From: Trichosphaerium sp. ATCC 40318
Taxonomy: Eukaryota; Protista; Tubulinea
Assembly: GCA_038496445.1 (NCBI GenBank)
Contig: JALMLS010000404.1
Location: 62,001 to 126,000 of the forward strand
DNA: 64,000 nucleotides
Direction of reading: 5' to 3'
Below, piece by piece: positions 9,400 to 22,020 of the stretch; position 1 is the stretch's first letter; every line of letters starts with the position of its first letter. The translations under genes and the position numbers were made by a program. The notes under the pieces are model-generated. The model saw only the letters and a program-made list of their open reading frames with translations. It made no database searches and had not been told where the DNA came from.

Positions 9400-12222
9400 T
9401 TAATCGACACCCTCCATTTCGGAGACTTCATCGCCATCATCTTCAGCCAAAGGAGGAAGCTCATCATCAGCAATATCATCGTCATCATCGTCATCGATGC
9501 TTAGACCGAGTTTGATCATTCTGTGGATACGTGCAGCAAATGTAGTTGGTTCTTCAAGGTTGAATCCAGAAGTCAACAAAGCTGTCTCAAATAGAAGCCA
9601 TACAAGATCTTTTACGGTCTTGTCGCTCTTATCAGCGTCGACTTTGTTTTTGAGTTCCTTTACAATAGGGTGTACAGGGTTGAGTTCGAAGGTCTTTTTG
9701 GATACCATGTATGTTGACATAGATGTATCACGGAGAGCTTGAGCGCGCATGATTTTCTCCATGTATGCGGACCATCCGAATTCACCGGTGGTGAGACAGC
9801 AAGGGGAGTTTACAACTCTAAAAACAAGAGTGAGAAAACGAACTCGACGAAGTCAAAACAAAAAAAAGCAAACAAATTAAAAAAAACTTTGTACCTGTGT
9901 GTTGTGACGACTTTCTCGACCTTGTCGTCCAAGATTTCCTTTACGGTCTTGCACAAGTTTTCGTAAGCAACTTTCTCTTCTTCCATTGCTTTCTTCTCGT
10001 CCTCAGATTCACCGAGATCGACACCGTCTTTTGTGACGCAAATGAACTTTTTGCCGTCGAATTCTTTCAATTGTTGCATGCCGTACTCATCAATAGGCTC
10101 AGTCATGTACAATACTTCCAATCCACGCTTCTTGAGACCCTCAACGAATGGAGAGGATTCAACAGATTTCTTGGAGTCACCAGTGATGTAGTAGATACCC
10201 TTTTGGTCTTCCTTCATACGTGTGATGTACTCTTTGAGTGAGGTGAAGTCATCACCAGATTTTGTAGAGTAGTAACGGAGGAGGTTGGCCATACGGTCTC
10301 TGTTTGTGGAGTCCTCGTGGATACCGTATTTAAGGTTACGAGAGAATGATTCGTAGAATTTTTTGAAATCTTCTTTGTTCTCAGCGATCTCTTCGAACAT
10401 TTCGATAGCCTTCTTTACGAGATTCTTACGGATGACCTTAAGGATCTTGTTTTGTTGCAAGGTTTCACGGGAGATGTTGAGAGGAAGATCTTCAGAGTCG
10501 ACCATACCCTAGCGTAAAAGATAAGCAACAAATTCGTTGAAGAGGATCATCATAAAAATAAAAAGCGCGAAAACGCTCACAAAAGGAGTTCAAAAAGCGT
10601 ACCTTAACAAAGTTGAGCCATTCAGGGATGATATCTTCACAGTTATCCATGATAAAGACACGTCTGACGTAAAGTTTGATGTTGTTCATCTTTTTACGGT
10701 TCTCGAACAAATCGAATGGAGCACGTTTTGGTACAAAGAGCATAGCAGTGAACTCTAATTGACCTTCAACAGAGAAGTGCTTGACGGACAAGTGTTCTTC
10801 CCAGTCGTTTGTGAGACCCTATCGTAGAACGTAAGCAAGAGAACAATAAAAAAAAATAACGCGTAGGCGACTAAAAAACGACGAGAAAAAAAAAACAACG
10901 TACCTTGTAGAATGAAGCATACTCTTCTGGAGTAACTTCTTTTGGGTTACGAAGCCATAGTGGTTTAGTCTTGTTGATTTGTTCCCATTCTTTGACTTCC
11001 TTCTTGACCTTCTTTGTCTTTTTGGCCTCTTCTTCGGCATCTTCTACCTTTGGTGTATCATCGTCACCCTCTTTCTTCTCGGCATCATCTTCACCTTCTT
11101 TTTTCTCAGCATCTTCGCCTTCTTTCTTTTCGGCTTGTTCTTTGAGTTCTTCTTCAGTGAGTTCAACTTCTTCTTCTTCCTCGCGTGTGGTCATGAGGTT
11201 GATTGGGTATTGGATGAATTGAGAGTGCTTCTTGACGATATCCTTGATTTTACGTTCTTCGATGTACTCGTGTTGGTCGTCCTTGAGGAACAAGGTGATT
11301 TGGGTACCACGACCGAGAGTGTTACCGGCAGGGTCGCGACGGATGGTGAAGTGACCACCAGCTTCAGATTCCCAGATGTACCTTTGAAACAGAGTGTAAG
11401 CGAGTGGCTTGGGGCGTATAGAGAACAAAAGGAAGAAAAAGAGCGATTTTGATCGAATAAAAGAAATAAAAAAAGTTTTTTTCTTTTTTGTGTTGAACTC
11501 AGTCAGTAACGTAGATATCGACACGGCATCAATTCCGTCCGCCCGTTCGCAATGCATCATAGTACACAAAGAAAAAAGAAGAGAGAAACCAGATAAAGAA
11601 AAAGCAAGGAGCGTGCGTGTAGAAGCACGTGAAACGTGTTTTGAAAATAAAAAAAATTGAAAAAAAATTAAAACGGAGAAATAAACGTACTGTTCGTCGT
11701 CATTGTGCTTGGTGATGACAGTAACTTTGTCAGCTACAAGGTATGCGGAGTAGAAACCGACACCGAATTGACCGATCATGCTGACATCAGCTTTACCTTC
11801 GCTGAGAGCCTCGACGAAAGCTTTTGTACCAGAGCGTGCAATGGTACCCAAGTTGTTTACCAAATCGGCTTTGGTCATACCAATACCGGTATCACGGAGA
11901 ACCCATGTTTTACCTTCAGGATCACTGGTAATTTCGATCTTTAGCTCCTTCTCAGAGTCCAAAGCATCTTTTTGGGTCAAAGATTGGTAACGAATCTTAT
12001 CAAGAGCCTAGAATGAAGCGTTAGAGGTGAACGAAAAGTAGATCAGCGCGTTTGGGGCAAAATATAGTTTCCAAGGTTTTTCCGTACGTCAGACGAGTTG
12101 GAAATAAGTTCACGAATGAAGATTTCCTTGTTGGAGTAAAATGTATTGATGATCAAAGACATCAGCTGGTTGATCTCAGCTTGAAAGAGAAACGTCTCGA
12201 CTTCGCCTGTTTCTGCCGCCAT
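9400..12222 (-). CDS. HSP90: Cytosolic heat shock protein 90; introns 12008-12087, 11382-11690, 10819-10903, 10509-10602, 9818-9894
   Basis: Signature motifs [65 protein letters not shown]. All five introns restore the frame. The C-terminus is MEGVD. Confidence 0.98.
11487..11570 (-). ncRNA. Box C/D snoRNA, U43/SNORD43/snR70-like, in HSP90 intron 2
   Basis: Terminal stem TTTGTGT/ACACAAA; box C-like ATGATG; box D CTGA; guide ACGGGCGG followed by D'-like CGGA. The guide is antisense to the conserved 18S segment CCGCCCGT. Confidence 0.8.
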
Positions 12223-12329
12223 GTTGTATAGTTTATTGTTATTTACTACGGGACGTGTTGTAACAAAGGGTTAAGCAATCACGAAAACACTGAAACACCA
12301 CGGAAGTTTGCAAAATATTTGTTAATTTC

Positions 12330-12752
12330 TGCGAGTTCTACCTGGAAGTTCTGGTTTTTAGGCGTCCAAATTCCATGGCAAGTTGCCAACGCTGCCGTAA
12401 TTGTGAATTAACGTGTTTTCCCGCAATTCTTTTTTCCTTTTGTATTTATTCTACGCTTGGATACGTAAATCTCCTCCAAAACGCTCCAGAGCATTCCTTT
12501 CTTTTCGTTTGTACGCTGCGTAGAAGAATTCTAGCTTCTACAAATCAATTCAACTAAACTCTTTCCTTTTCGCTCATACACGCTTTTCTGTTTACGTTGT
12601 GTGTACGCCACGCGAAAAATACGTAAAGGGAATGCTATTTTTCCAGTTCCTCAACAAAAGCCTTGTCAGCGGTACAAAAATTTTTCTCTTTTGGCCTTAT
12701 TATGAAATTCCGCATTGCGGCGCACTGTATTTTGGAGTTCTAGAAGAGTTTC
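12330..12752 (-). promoter_or_regulatory. Putative heat-shock elements upstream of HSP90
   Basis: TTCtaGAA at 12738-12745, plus imperfect GAA/TTC clusters at ~12335-12352 and 12521-12540. Confidence 0.4.
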
Positions 12753-13405
12753 GGCGTTTGCGTATGCAAATCATGCCGTGCTGATCAAACCGCTTTCTAC
12801 AGGCATATTTTCGCATGTTTTAGCCCTTTGCTGTATTAACAAGTGATTTGGTGTAGTTGAATGAACTGCAAGGCGGTACAGTTGTTTCATAGTCGCAAGC
12901 ATTGTGAAGACACTGTATACGGCCGAAACGCGTTGTTTACAAACCCAATCACGTGCAACGTTGAGTGTTTCGATCAATGAAAGCAGCATGTTAGCACTGT
13001 AGTACTGTAACGTTGTTTGCAGCCTGTTTACTGTTTGAAACAAAGCTATCAAATCTTGCAGCTCAACGCCGATACTTTCACTTCTTATTGCTCGAATCTG
13101 TCATTTGCGAACGTACAGTTTTTTTATTTGTAAAGGCTATGGTTTCGTTTGAAACGTTTTCTTCAACATTGTTGTCACGTCAAATGAACTAAGCAGCCAA
13201 AGGCAACTCATCAGCTTCCTTTAACAAAGGAAACGTACAGTGTCAATTACTTTGTTTATCTGCGCTGAAGGTGGATAATTCCCGGCAACGTCGTTTGGAT
13301 TTGAGTGAACACAATCGAGTTAAAAAGCAATTAATAACAATGTCAAACAGCCAAAAAAAGTAGATAAAACAAAACGTCTTTAGGGGAATAATCACATTTT
13401 ATTTG

Positions 13406-14521
13406 TTATTCGTGCATGGAAGCCCATTCATCAGCATTATTAAAAGCAAACAAGGTGTTTGTACCGTAAATAGGACCATTGATCTTGGTTATATGATCGT
13501 TAGAACCAATATTCCAATTTGCAATTAATCCAGATCCTCCATTACCACTAATATAGCTCCAGTTATTATTAACTAAACGGAGTGTTTGAGACCATCCGTT
13601 ATGATTCATAGCTACAAGTGAATCTGTAGGAGCATTCGAAGAAATGTCGAAATCTCCTGCGATGTACTTATCAGTTGCGGCAATAATCCAAGCTCCTGCT
13701 ATCATTCCGTGACCGCCTTCAGCGTACTTGAATGTTTTAGTGACACTGTCGAATCTCATGGTATGATGCCATCCGTTAGGATTGATAGCCAAGAGGTCCT
13801 CTACAGGGTGATCGTAGAAGGCACCAACGACATATTTATCAGCAGGTCCAATAACCCACCAGTGTATTTGTCCTGTTGTTGTACTTGATAGTATATCCCA
13901 TTTTTTTGTGTTTCTATTGAACATCATCACGTGGTATTCCGATGACTTTATCAAAACAACGTATGATGCTGGGTCAGGGTTAACTACTTCAAATCTTCCT
14001 GAGATTAAGGTATCCGAAGCATCAATGTCGCCGTCAACAGCGTATTGGAGTTGAGTCCATTTGAAGCCGTGCATATTGTTAATGTACGTCAAATCAAGCT
14101 TGTACGTTGCATATTTACCGTTAGGGTTTGCAATAAGAAGAGACTTTTTACCGTAAGCGTTAAAAAAACCAGAAACGTATTTATCGTCGCTAGCAGTTTG
14201 CCAGGTACCAATAAAGCCTTGACCGCTTTCGACAGCATGCCACTCTAGAGAAGTATCGTCTAAGTACGCTAACATCCATTGAACACCAGGCTTGATGAAC
14301 AGAGTGAATGCTCCGTGGTTTTGGTGAAACAGTATCTCCATTGGTATGAAGCGATCTCCTGGTTGGATATCCCACGTTATAGTAGTGAACGGTCCAGTAG
14401 GGTTAAAGAGGTTTGGGTATCTTTTTGCAACGAGTTGGGAAGCTCCAGCATGAGGTTGCCAGTAAGCTGACACTGCGCAAGTGAATAGCGTGAGTAGGAT
14501 GATACAAACGTGTTGTTTCAT
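13406..14521 (-). CDS. Secreted FG-GAP/VCBS-like beta-propeller repeat protein (intronless, 371 aa)
   Basis: Signal peptide. Repeated ~55-aa units W.I...DKY..G.F....D.L.A.N.NGW. Confidence 0.75.
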   Translation of the reverse strand: MKQHVCIILLTLFTCAVSAYWQPHAGASQLVAKRYPNLFNPTGPFTTITWDIQPGDRFIPMEILFHQNHGAFTLFIKPGVQWMLAYLDDTSLEWHAVESGQGFIGTWQTASDDKYVSGFFNAYGKKSLLIANPNGKYATYKLDLTYINNMHGFKWTQLQYAVDGDIDASDTLISGRFEVVNPDPASYVVLIKSSEYHVMMFNRNTKKWDILSSTTTGQIHWWVIGPADKYVVGAFYDHPVEDLLAINPNGWHHTMRFDSVTKTFKYAEGGHGMIAGAWIIAATDKYIAGDFDISSNAPTDSLVAMNHNGWSQTLRLVNNNWSYISGNGGSGLIANWNIGSNDHITKINGPIYGTNTLFAFNNADEWASMHE

Positions 14522-15627
14522 TCTTGTAGAGTTATCGCTAAATTGAAAGTCTTCAAGTTCTCATGAAATCTTGCATGGTTCAGTGAAATTATTTTCCGCA
14601 GTACTTTAGGAATTCGGTTGTCATCTTTCGGGTTGCGGTTTTCAATTCACCCATTAGTTCATGATGTTTTCAGGTGGTATTGGAAACCATAAAGGCGTGT
14701 AGAAGTAAGTTGCTGTCTTTTTCGGCTCAAAGCGCTTTTTCTTACGGAAACAATGCCAACCTATCGTAAACCACTGTTAATGGCGTGTGAATGATTTAAA
14801 AGCGAATTTCGCTCTTGGACGCATCAACAGCTCGCCTTTGTTTCAATGCTTTTCTCTAGTTACCGGTTAAACTGGTAATGACTGATTTTGTAAAGTTTGA
14901 TTCGTTTTCCTTTTAAGGGTTTACAGCAAATCAGTCCACTAGGCTTTTCAGCTTGGCCTATAGTATGTAGATGTTAGCTTATATGTTCCTGCCTGTGTAT
15001 CACTTTTATACTAACACATATGTGTAAGTATTACGATATCCTCGGCGATTGAAGACAGAGTGTGGCTACAAGGACGTTGCAAAAATATATGAGTTTCAGC
15101 CCAACATAATTAGATACCAACTTTAACTTTGTCATAATCATGTATTCAATGGGTTAGTTCGGATAAGCTGGGTTATTCAACAATTAGATACGGATTTCTC
15201 AAATGACAAAGTCGTTAACTGAGTTCTTTATTTACAACCACTATCAGTAGATATTGGTTTAAACCATACTTTCGTACCTCTGTGGCGTTGAGGAAAAGTT
15301 TCTTTATGCAAAAGAAAATAGGACTACTAGTGTACACTGATCAACGATCTTTAGCACAACATTAAGCCAGAATTTGCCTAACCCTGTAACTCGTCTTTTA
15401 ACCCTTTCGACACGCACGTGATCATTTTTTGGTTTGTCGTGCTTTACTTTGTCTAATACATCTAGCTCGGAGCTCATAGTGTAAGGAGTAAATAATGTAA
15501 CTCTGTTGACTATTTCGATTAGGTGCTACAAACCAAAAGCTCCTCAACACCCTGACTCACCAAACGCCCATGAATATTCATGAATGAATATTAATGAATA
15601 TGGCTTACGGAACAATGAATATGAATA

Positions 15628-15867
15628 TTGCTTGTATTCATAACGGAAGGGCGTTACGATGGAGTTAAAGCATTGGCGGGTCCATACAAATGTTATCAAG
15701 TGACAGATCATGGTGTTAAAGCATTGGCAGGAGTCCATACTATTATACTGGGTCGTATTGAAATAACAAATGAAGGTGTTAAAGCCTTGGCAGGAGCCCA
15801 CACAGTTGAAATAAGTGGCTGTTATACAAAAACAGATGATGGCTTCCATCTATTGAGAACTTGGTGA
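15628..15867 (+). pseudogene. Orphan cassette of ~3 LRR units of the GVKALAGVHT type (no F-box, no ATG start)
   Basis: DGVKALAG..KCYQVTDHGVKALAGVHTI..ITNEGVKALAGAHTV. Nucleotide match to repeats of the 24219..25286 gene. Confidence 0.75.
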
Positions 15868-16087
15868 TCTGTTTTATAGCTAATGACGGATCTGCATTGT
15901 TAGTATTACAGGAAACGTTTCATACGCTATCTCGGTTGTTTGGAACAAAACAAAGCTTATGACATACATCAAACACGTGGTAGACAAAAAGTATAGATAA
16001 GAGTTTTTAGTAGTAAAAGAACTAGATAAATATTGCTGAGATTTCTGGCTGTATATTTTACAAATTTTTAATAATTTGCTGAATTCA

Positions 16088-19000
16088 TCACTTTACATAA
16101 GTCTTAACAGCATCTTCAATGCTGTTTGCAACACTGGATTCAATACCAGAAAGGCCCTTTTAAAAAAAACCTGATTAGACAACAAAGACCAGTAGAGAGC
16201 GAATCAAACAAAAAAGAAAGGTGGAAAAAGTTGGGTACCAAGTTAGAGTATTTGTGACCAAGTAATTTAGACATGATTTCGTAATGTCTGTTAGCACCAG
16301 GACTAAGTTCTATTACATAACTGTTTTCTGGCAAGAATAAAGCATGGTTCATTCCTGCGCCATGTTCTCCTGTAAAAAAAATCCGTCAAAACCACAGTGC
16401 AGCGTGCAAAAAAAGGGAGAAATGAAGCAACTTTTTTTTTTGTTTTTCGAATTTTTTTGGGTGCTCGCTTTCTTGAACTTGGTTTTGCTATTACACGTAC
16501 CTATGAGCATATCACTATTAGCTACTATCTCAATCTGTCTTTTAAAGCTTAATTCTTTTGGATTAAAGTCAATAATATTGATACTGTAACTACTCTCTGG
16601 TATTTTTTTTTTCTTCAAAATTCCTGCAACTTTTTTCATAACTTCATCAGGGTTAGGCCATCTTATCCTTCTAACGTTCTTCCTGCTAATAACAACAATA
16701 TTTACTTTATCTAACTTTCCTTCACGCACATGACGTAGTCCATAGAATGACTTGACATGCTTAATAAACGCCAAGGCGATAGGAGAAGCTTCACAAGGGA
16801 GTTTTCTACTGACGCCTTTGTATCTACCAAGAAAAAAATAAGAAAAGTCCAATTATTAGCGAAAAAAAACATGCGTTGATAAGAGGTGTGCCATGTGATG
16901 TTTTAATATCATAGCACTTAAATAATCATTCTTTGTGAAGGTTTGTGGTTGTGATTCTTGTTAAACAACAAATTTCAAAAAAATCAACTACCATGCAAAA
17001 AACGATCAACAGAGCGACTCATGTTGTGAAACCACATTTATAAAGCAAGATGTTTGTTTTTTAATGATTTTCCAGGTAAAGAAAAAAAAAATGTAACTTG
17101 ATGAGGTAATAAACGAAGGAGTTGTTGTCAAAACAATAAAATATCAACCAAAAAAAAAATACTTACGAAAATAACGAAGCAGCTGCCCATGAATTTGTTA
17201 TGATATGTCTGTAACAAGTCCTTGGAGGGATATCATATGCTTCTCTGTAAACATGAGCGAAATCTGAAAAAGCATCATATTCACTATCAAAAGGACCAAT
17301 GCCTTTCCTGAACAACAAATAAGACACGAGGTTCAAAAAAAAAACCCCAACCTGTCACTAAGAATGATTTGTATTGACCTGTTTTCAATTCGATCTCTAG
17401 ACACATTAATGAGATAAATATGTGTGTAATGACTTACCTTAATATAGACAAGACAATAAAAGTCATCATCATATCTTCATGTGCGTGATAAGGATTAGTC
17501 GTATCCCATCTTTTCAAAAATAGAACAGTATTTTCAATCCAGTTGCTGCACTCAAATTTTACGTCATCATCAAGGCCTATCCAACGCTTTAAAATTTAAT
17601 ATCGGTTCATTATCGTACCATTTACAAACCAACTTTTAGATACATGTTCTAATTTCTTCACTTGAGGTGAATCACGGCGTTTACAAGTAGCACGAACAAC
17701 ACCCTAATTTTTTTAATCAGTATTTTTTTTTGGAATTAAAATCAATTTGTAGCGAGGCCTGAGCAAGCGATATTACTCTAATAGTTTGGGCTTTGTTGTG
17801 AATAAGCCCAACGAAGTTTGAAATTTTGTATTTGTGTTACGCTAAGACGAAATTCTTGTACCTTTTTGTATGGTTTAGGATTAATGTAATCAGGGCATTC
17901 CTGTTTGTTATCTATTAGCAAAAAGACAATCACAAAATGTATGTTAGTGACACGTACTGGTTCTCCATAACATGGTTCTACACCCCACATCTATACCAAT
18001 TATTAGAGTAATAAGAGTCAAAATAATCAAAGGATTTATCCAAGAAAAGAAATAATTTGTTCATTGATTCGATTCCGTTTCTACTGCACATGTGGCGTAA
18101 TAATTGTCGAAAAAATGAGAAATTAATAAAGTTGCACGTTTTTAGATTAGTAGAGATTGTTGTAGGTGTATAACCATGCACTCCAACCAAAGATTGAAAC
18201 AACAGTTCTTAAGAAACAAAAGCCAAAAAAAACCGAATTCGATTCGATAGAGTTAACCACTTGAACTAACTGCAGTAATACGTACATATTTAGGATTGAC
18301 CTATAAATATAATGATTATGGTTTAAAATAAACAAAGAGAGAGTACAATAAGAAATGTTCTCACAAAGAAACGTCACGTTATAACCACTTTTAGAGGGTC
18401 TAACTTGAGAAAATTTTAAGAACAAAGTTTCGTATCTAACACACTGTGTAGAATACAAAGCTCTTCCAAAGTTTGTAGTCAAAACTGCTGGATTTTTTTG
18501 GTAACGTTTTCGACAGTTTCTACGTTTCTGACGTTTATGAGAACATCTCTATTGAAAAGTGAAAAGAAAAACGTACTTGAACATTTTGAGCATCACAAAA
18601 AGACATTGAGTTTCCAGGCCTTCCAGGTGAGTCGTAAACCACTCTATAGCACGATATCCTTGAGAAATTGTCTTGACACATTGTTATTTCGTTCTCACGC
18701 CATTTTCTAAGCAATTGAACTCCTTTGTGGTTTTGTTTTAGGTACACACTGCTGTTGTCTTTTCAATCGTACCATACTCATCATCACACATTTTTGATGG
18801 CTTTGGAAGGTTTTTAGCTTCATTCAATACAGAATCAAATAAACGTTCTCCAATGTTTGTAGACTTGGAGTTGATGGGTTTATCCGTCGTTCTTGTAGGC
18901 AACCAGCTGCTTCCTGTCGAAGTTGAAGTAACAACAACCTAATTGCGTTAATATATACGGTGTTGCGTTCTGCAGGCGTATACAGTGTTACAGAACTTTA

Positions 19001-19169
19001 TTAGTACAAAAACAAAATTGCATACGTAGTTATCTATTGTTCCTGCGCCATTGGCTGTAACGTCTGTTGTAGTAGGTACATCACATGGTCTTAATGAAAT
19101 ATTCAACAGCGTAATAAGAGCCAATACTACCACCAATGCGATATAGCACGCGTTTCGTGGGAGCGCCAT
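16088..19169 (-). CDS. Glycosyltransferase family 61 (EOGT/POMGNT2-like), type II membrane, multi-exon
   Basis: N-terminal signal anchor; RWDTTNPYHAHED; QIEIVANSDMLIG..HGAGMNHALFLPENSYVIEL (GT61 signature). Confidence 0.85.
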
Positions 19170-19315
19170 GCTTTTACTAGGAGAAACGTTGGACAGACTG
19201 AGCGTAGCTGTTCGGTACGTGTGACTTAACAACACTTCCGTCATTTTCAGTTAATGACACAAAGAATCATAACCTAACAAGGCTCCAATAAGCATCAAAG
19301 CGTTTTAAAAATAGG

Positions 19316-19972
19316 ATGGAGCGTACTGAGAGCGCCCTGAGTACTGTGATTTTACCTTACGAGATGTTTTATCATATTGGAACGTTAGTAGTTGGAGATT
19401 GCATTAGAAGCGTGTATAATGTGTAAATAATTGTTTTTAGCTTCTGTGATTTTGATACAACTCTACAGTATGCTTCGATATCTAAAACAGTACGAGACGT
19501 TCTTATATCACTTGTGAAAAGCAACGGCGACCTTAACAAACAAGTAAGCGGGTTAGTAAAATAAAACGTTACAGTATTTATTAAAACGCTCTTTAAGGTA
19601 TTATTATTACCAAGATATATGGTATGAACATGAATCAGAGCTTAAATTTGTTGAACTTCGAGAAGATGGTTCATATTTTATGACAACCTGTGTTTTATCC
19701 GATACACCTATTAGAAGGTTTCTTTATCTACCAAACGGTAAGGAATGGATCTCTGTACATGGAAAATGGTCCATTGAACGTAGAAAGTCAAGTTACACAA
19801 CAAAACGTGCGTACATAATCTATTTATAGAAAACAAAAATTATTGAGTTAACTTTCGTTTTCCAGAGGATCTTGTAGTTGGGGTACATCTCAGTGGAGGT
19901 TCTCATTTGCGTTACACTATATTACGGTCAGAAGATGGAGAAGTATTATCCATGCACGTCATTTATTGTTAG
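19316..19972 (+). CDS. Small multi-exon F-box-like protein
   Basis: Spliced N-terminus VILPYEMFYHIGT|FCDFDTTLQYASISK fits an F-box. The exon structure is approximate. Confidence 0.5.
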
Positions 19973-20280
19973 ACAATGTGTTGAGTATTGCTGACTTTTT
20001 GATAGAGGAGGACTTGGTTCTTGCCAGTTCGAAAAAATAACAGTGTGGGAGCTTAGGAAAAAGTTCTGGAAAGAAAGGTATGCTATACATGGAATTTGTT
20101 TGCTTGTTTTGTTGAATGATGATGTAGGTTGTTCTTTAATTGGGATAGAAACGATGAACACTTTGATTGTATAATATTGTAAAAACAAAGTTAAGCTTAA
20201 TATTTTCGTTTGTTTATACCACGCTGTCGACAGATAATCATTTAATGTTACATCTAATCTTTATATATTTACAATAGGTT

Positions 20281-21355
20281 CTAGCATTTGTATACTTTTA
20301 CTATTTTGGTAACAGGTGTACGGCATACAGGGCAAACTAAACGCAAAGTTAATTGGTTTTTTTAATTTTTTTTTTTGCATGTTACCTTTAAATTCATGAC
20401 TTTCGACACATGTCATACATAAACAACTATGACCACAATCCACAATGACACTATTTATAGGATTGTCAAAACATACCTTGCATTCATTGTTTTCTGATTG
20501 GTCAGTTGTTTTTTGTACAGCATCAACTATTGGGGAGGTTTCTTTTTTGCTATCTGTGAATTGTTCCCAAAAGCCAGGGGCAACCTCGTGTGTGCTAGTA
20601 GCTGTAGGTGGCGGGTTGGATGCGTGAAGGGAACTGTTGTTACTGAAAGGATTAACACGAGGGGACGTATGAGCCAGTGTATGTTGAGAAGAAGGTGTGT
20701 CTTTAAAGGGATTTACAAAATTTGGTTGGTGAGTTGGAGCAGGCGGAACCGAGTGGTCGTTTTCTATCTTCTTTGTTAATCCACCTAAAAGATTGAATAA
20801 TTCCTGGCTCATAGGTCTAGAATAAATAAGGGGTTGTATGCCATTGGCGATAGTATATCATACCCACAATAGGCTGGACCGAATTTAGAAACTAAATTTC
20901 TTGTGAATATGTGTATAAATGCAGTCATTTCATTGCTCTTCAAAGATCCTATCTGAAGTCTTGAAACTACTTCTCTTTGAAACCACGACCAATATTTATT
21001 AATCTCTGATTCGTCTACAAACAAGATTAATCAGAGAAGAGCGAAGAAACATATGAAAACAAGTGTATTTTTGGAATTTATTTTTTTGCGTTTTCATTTT
21101 GGCTTCACCCTGTAACACGTGGTCACAAAATACGACTAAATGTGAGCATAAAAAATGCGGCAATGTCTTGGGTTTATACTTTAGTTGGATAACATTGCGC
21201 CAACAGCTCACTGCCCAAAAAAATTATTTAATTAAAACACAGATCACTGGTTTCGCATGACAATTACCTCTTGAACCACAAATTTGCAGTTTTCCAACTC
21301 CAGGTTCAACATGTACGATTCTGTATAAAAGTCCGGGTGTTTGGGTGTACAGCAT
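20281..21355 (-). CDS. C-terminal C3HC4 RING E3 ligase (IAP/MGRN-type RING); 5' exons uncertain
   Basis: CKVCFDNPINSVIVDCGHSCLCMTC..|VCPVCRTPVTKIVKVYKC* after splicing. Confidence 0.75.
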
Positions 21356-22020
21356 CCTGACGCCAATAGCAAACCCTATCAGCGTCAGTTGGAGTAATTT
21401 GTGATGATAATAGTGGGTTGGTTTATTGTACCTTTTAACAGCCTAGTTTTCGCGGTTTTATGCTTCTGGAGCTCGAATCCTGCCAATAAACCGTTGGATA
21501 GTTGTGTTACGCAAACTTTATCCCAAAACGCATCGCTACGTACTGCTATGGGTATATTCCACCCACTAGACTGTGTTGGCTCCATGCAACGTGGCTTTAC
21601 ACAAAAGTATATAAGCTGTTTTCTTTCATTGAAAATACAGTTTGGTGTAAGTCTTAACGCATCAGGAACAAAGGAGGACAAAACATCACGTGGACAAGAA
21701 AAACTGTAGCCAACTAAAATTGCTTTGTCAACGCAACAAAAAGCAAGAATAAAATGCGGTGCACGCCAAACAAAAAAGATCTTCGCTGCTAAACAAAAAC
21801 CAACTATCCTTATCAATGGTTGTTAATTCGTTGTAGTACCATCTACTCCTCACTCCAGTGCAATGATGGTTCACTGTACATGCTGTTTGTGCAGTAAATG
21901 TACATTGTCGTTACACAAACAAGTATGTTACACTATGCATTTGGTGATACCCTAAAAACTCCTCGTGAGTTCTCGAACACCAAAGAAAGATTATCACTAG
22001 AGATTAGAAAAAATCCATTT

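Noticed and set aside
10509-10602. Box C motif ATGATGA in HSP90 intron 4
   Set aside because: No downstream CTGA box D or terminal stem.
9271-11990. Many plus-strand ORFs and intron-readthrough ORFs over HSP90
   Set aside because: Antisense shadows of a codon-biased gene. The hydrophobic 'insert' in ORF 10871..11980 is intron 2.
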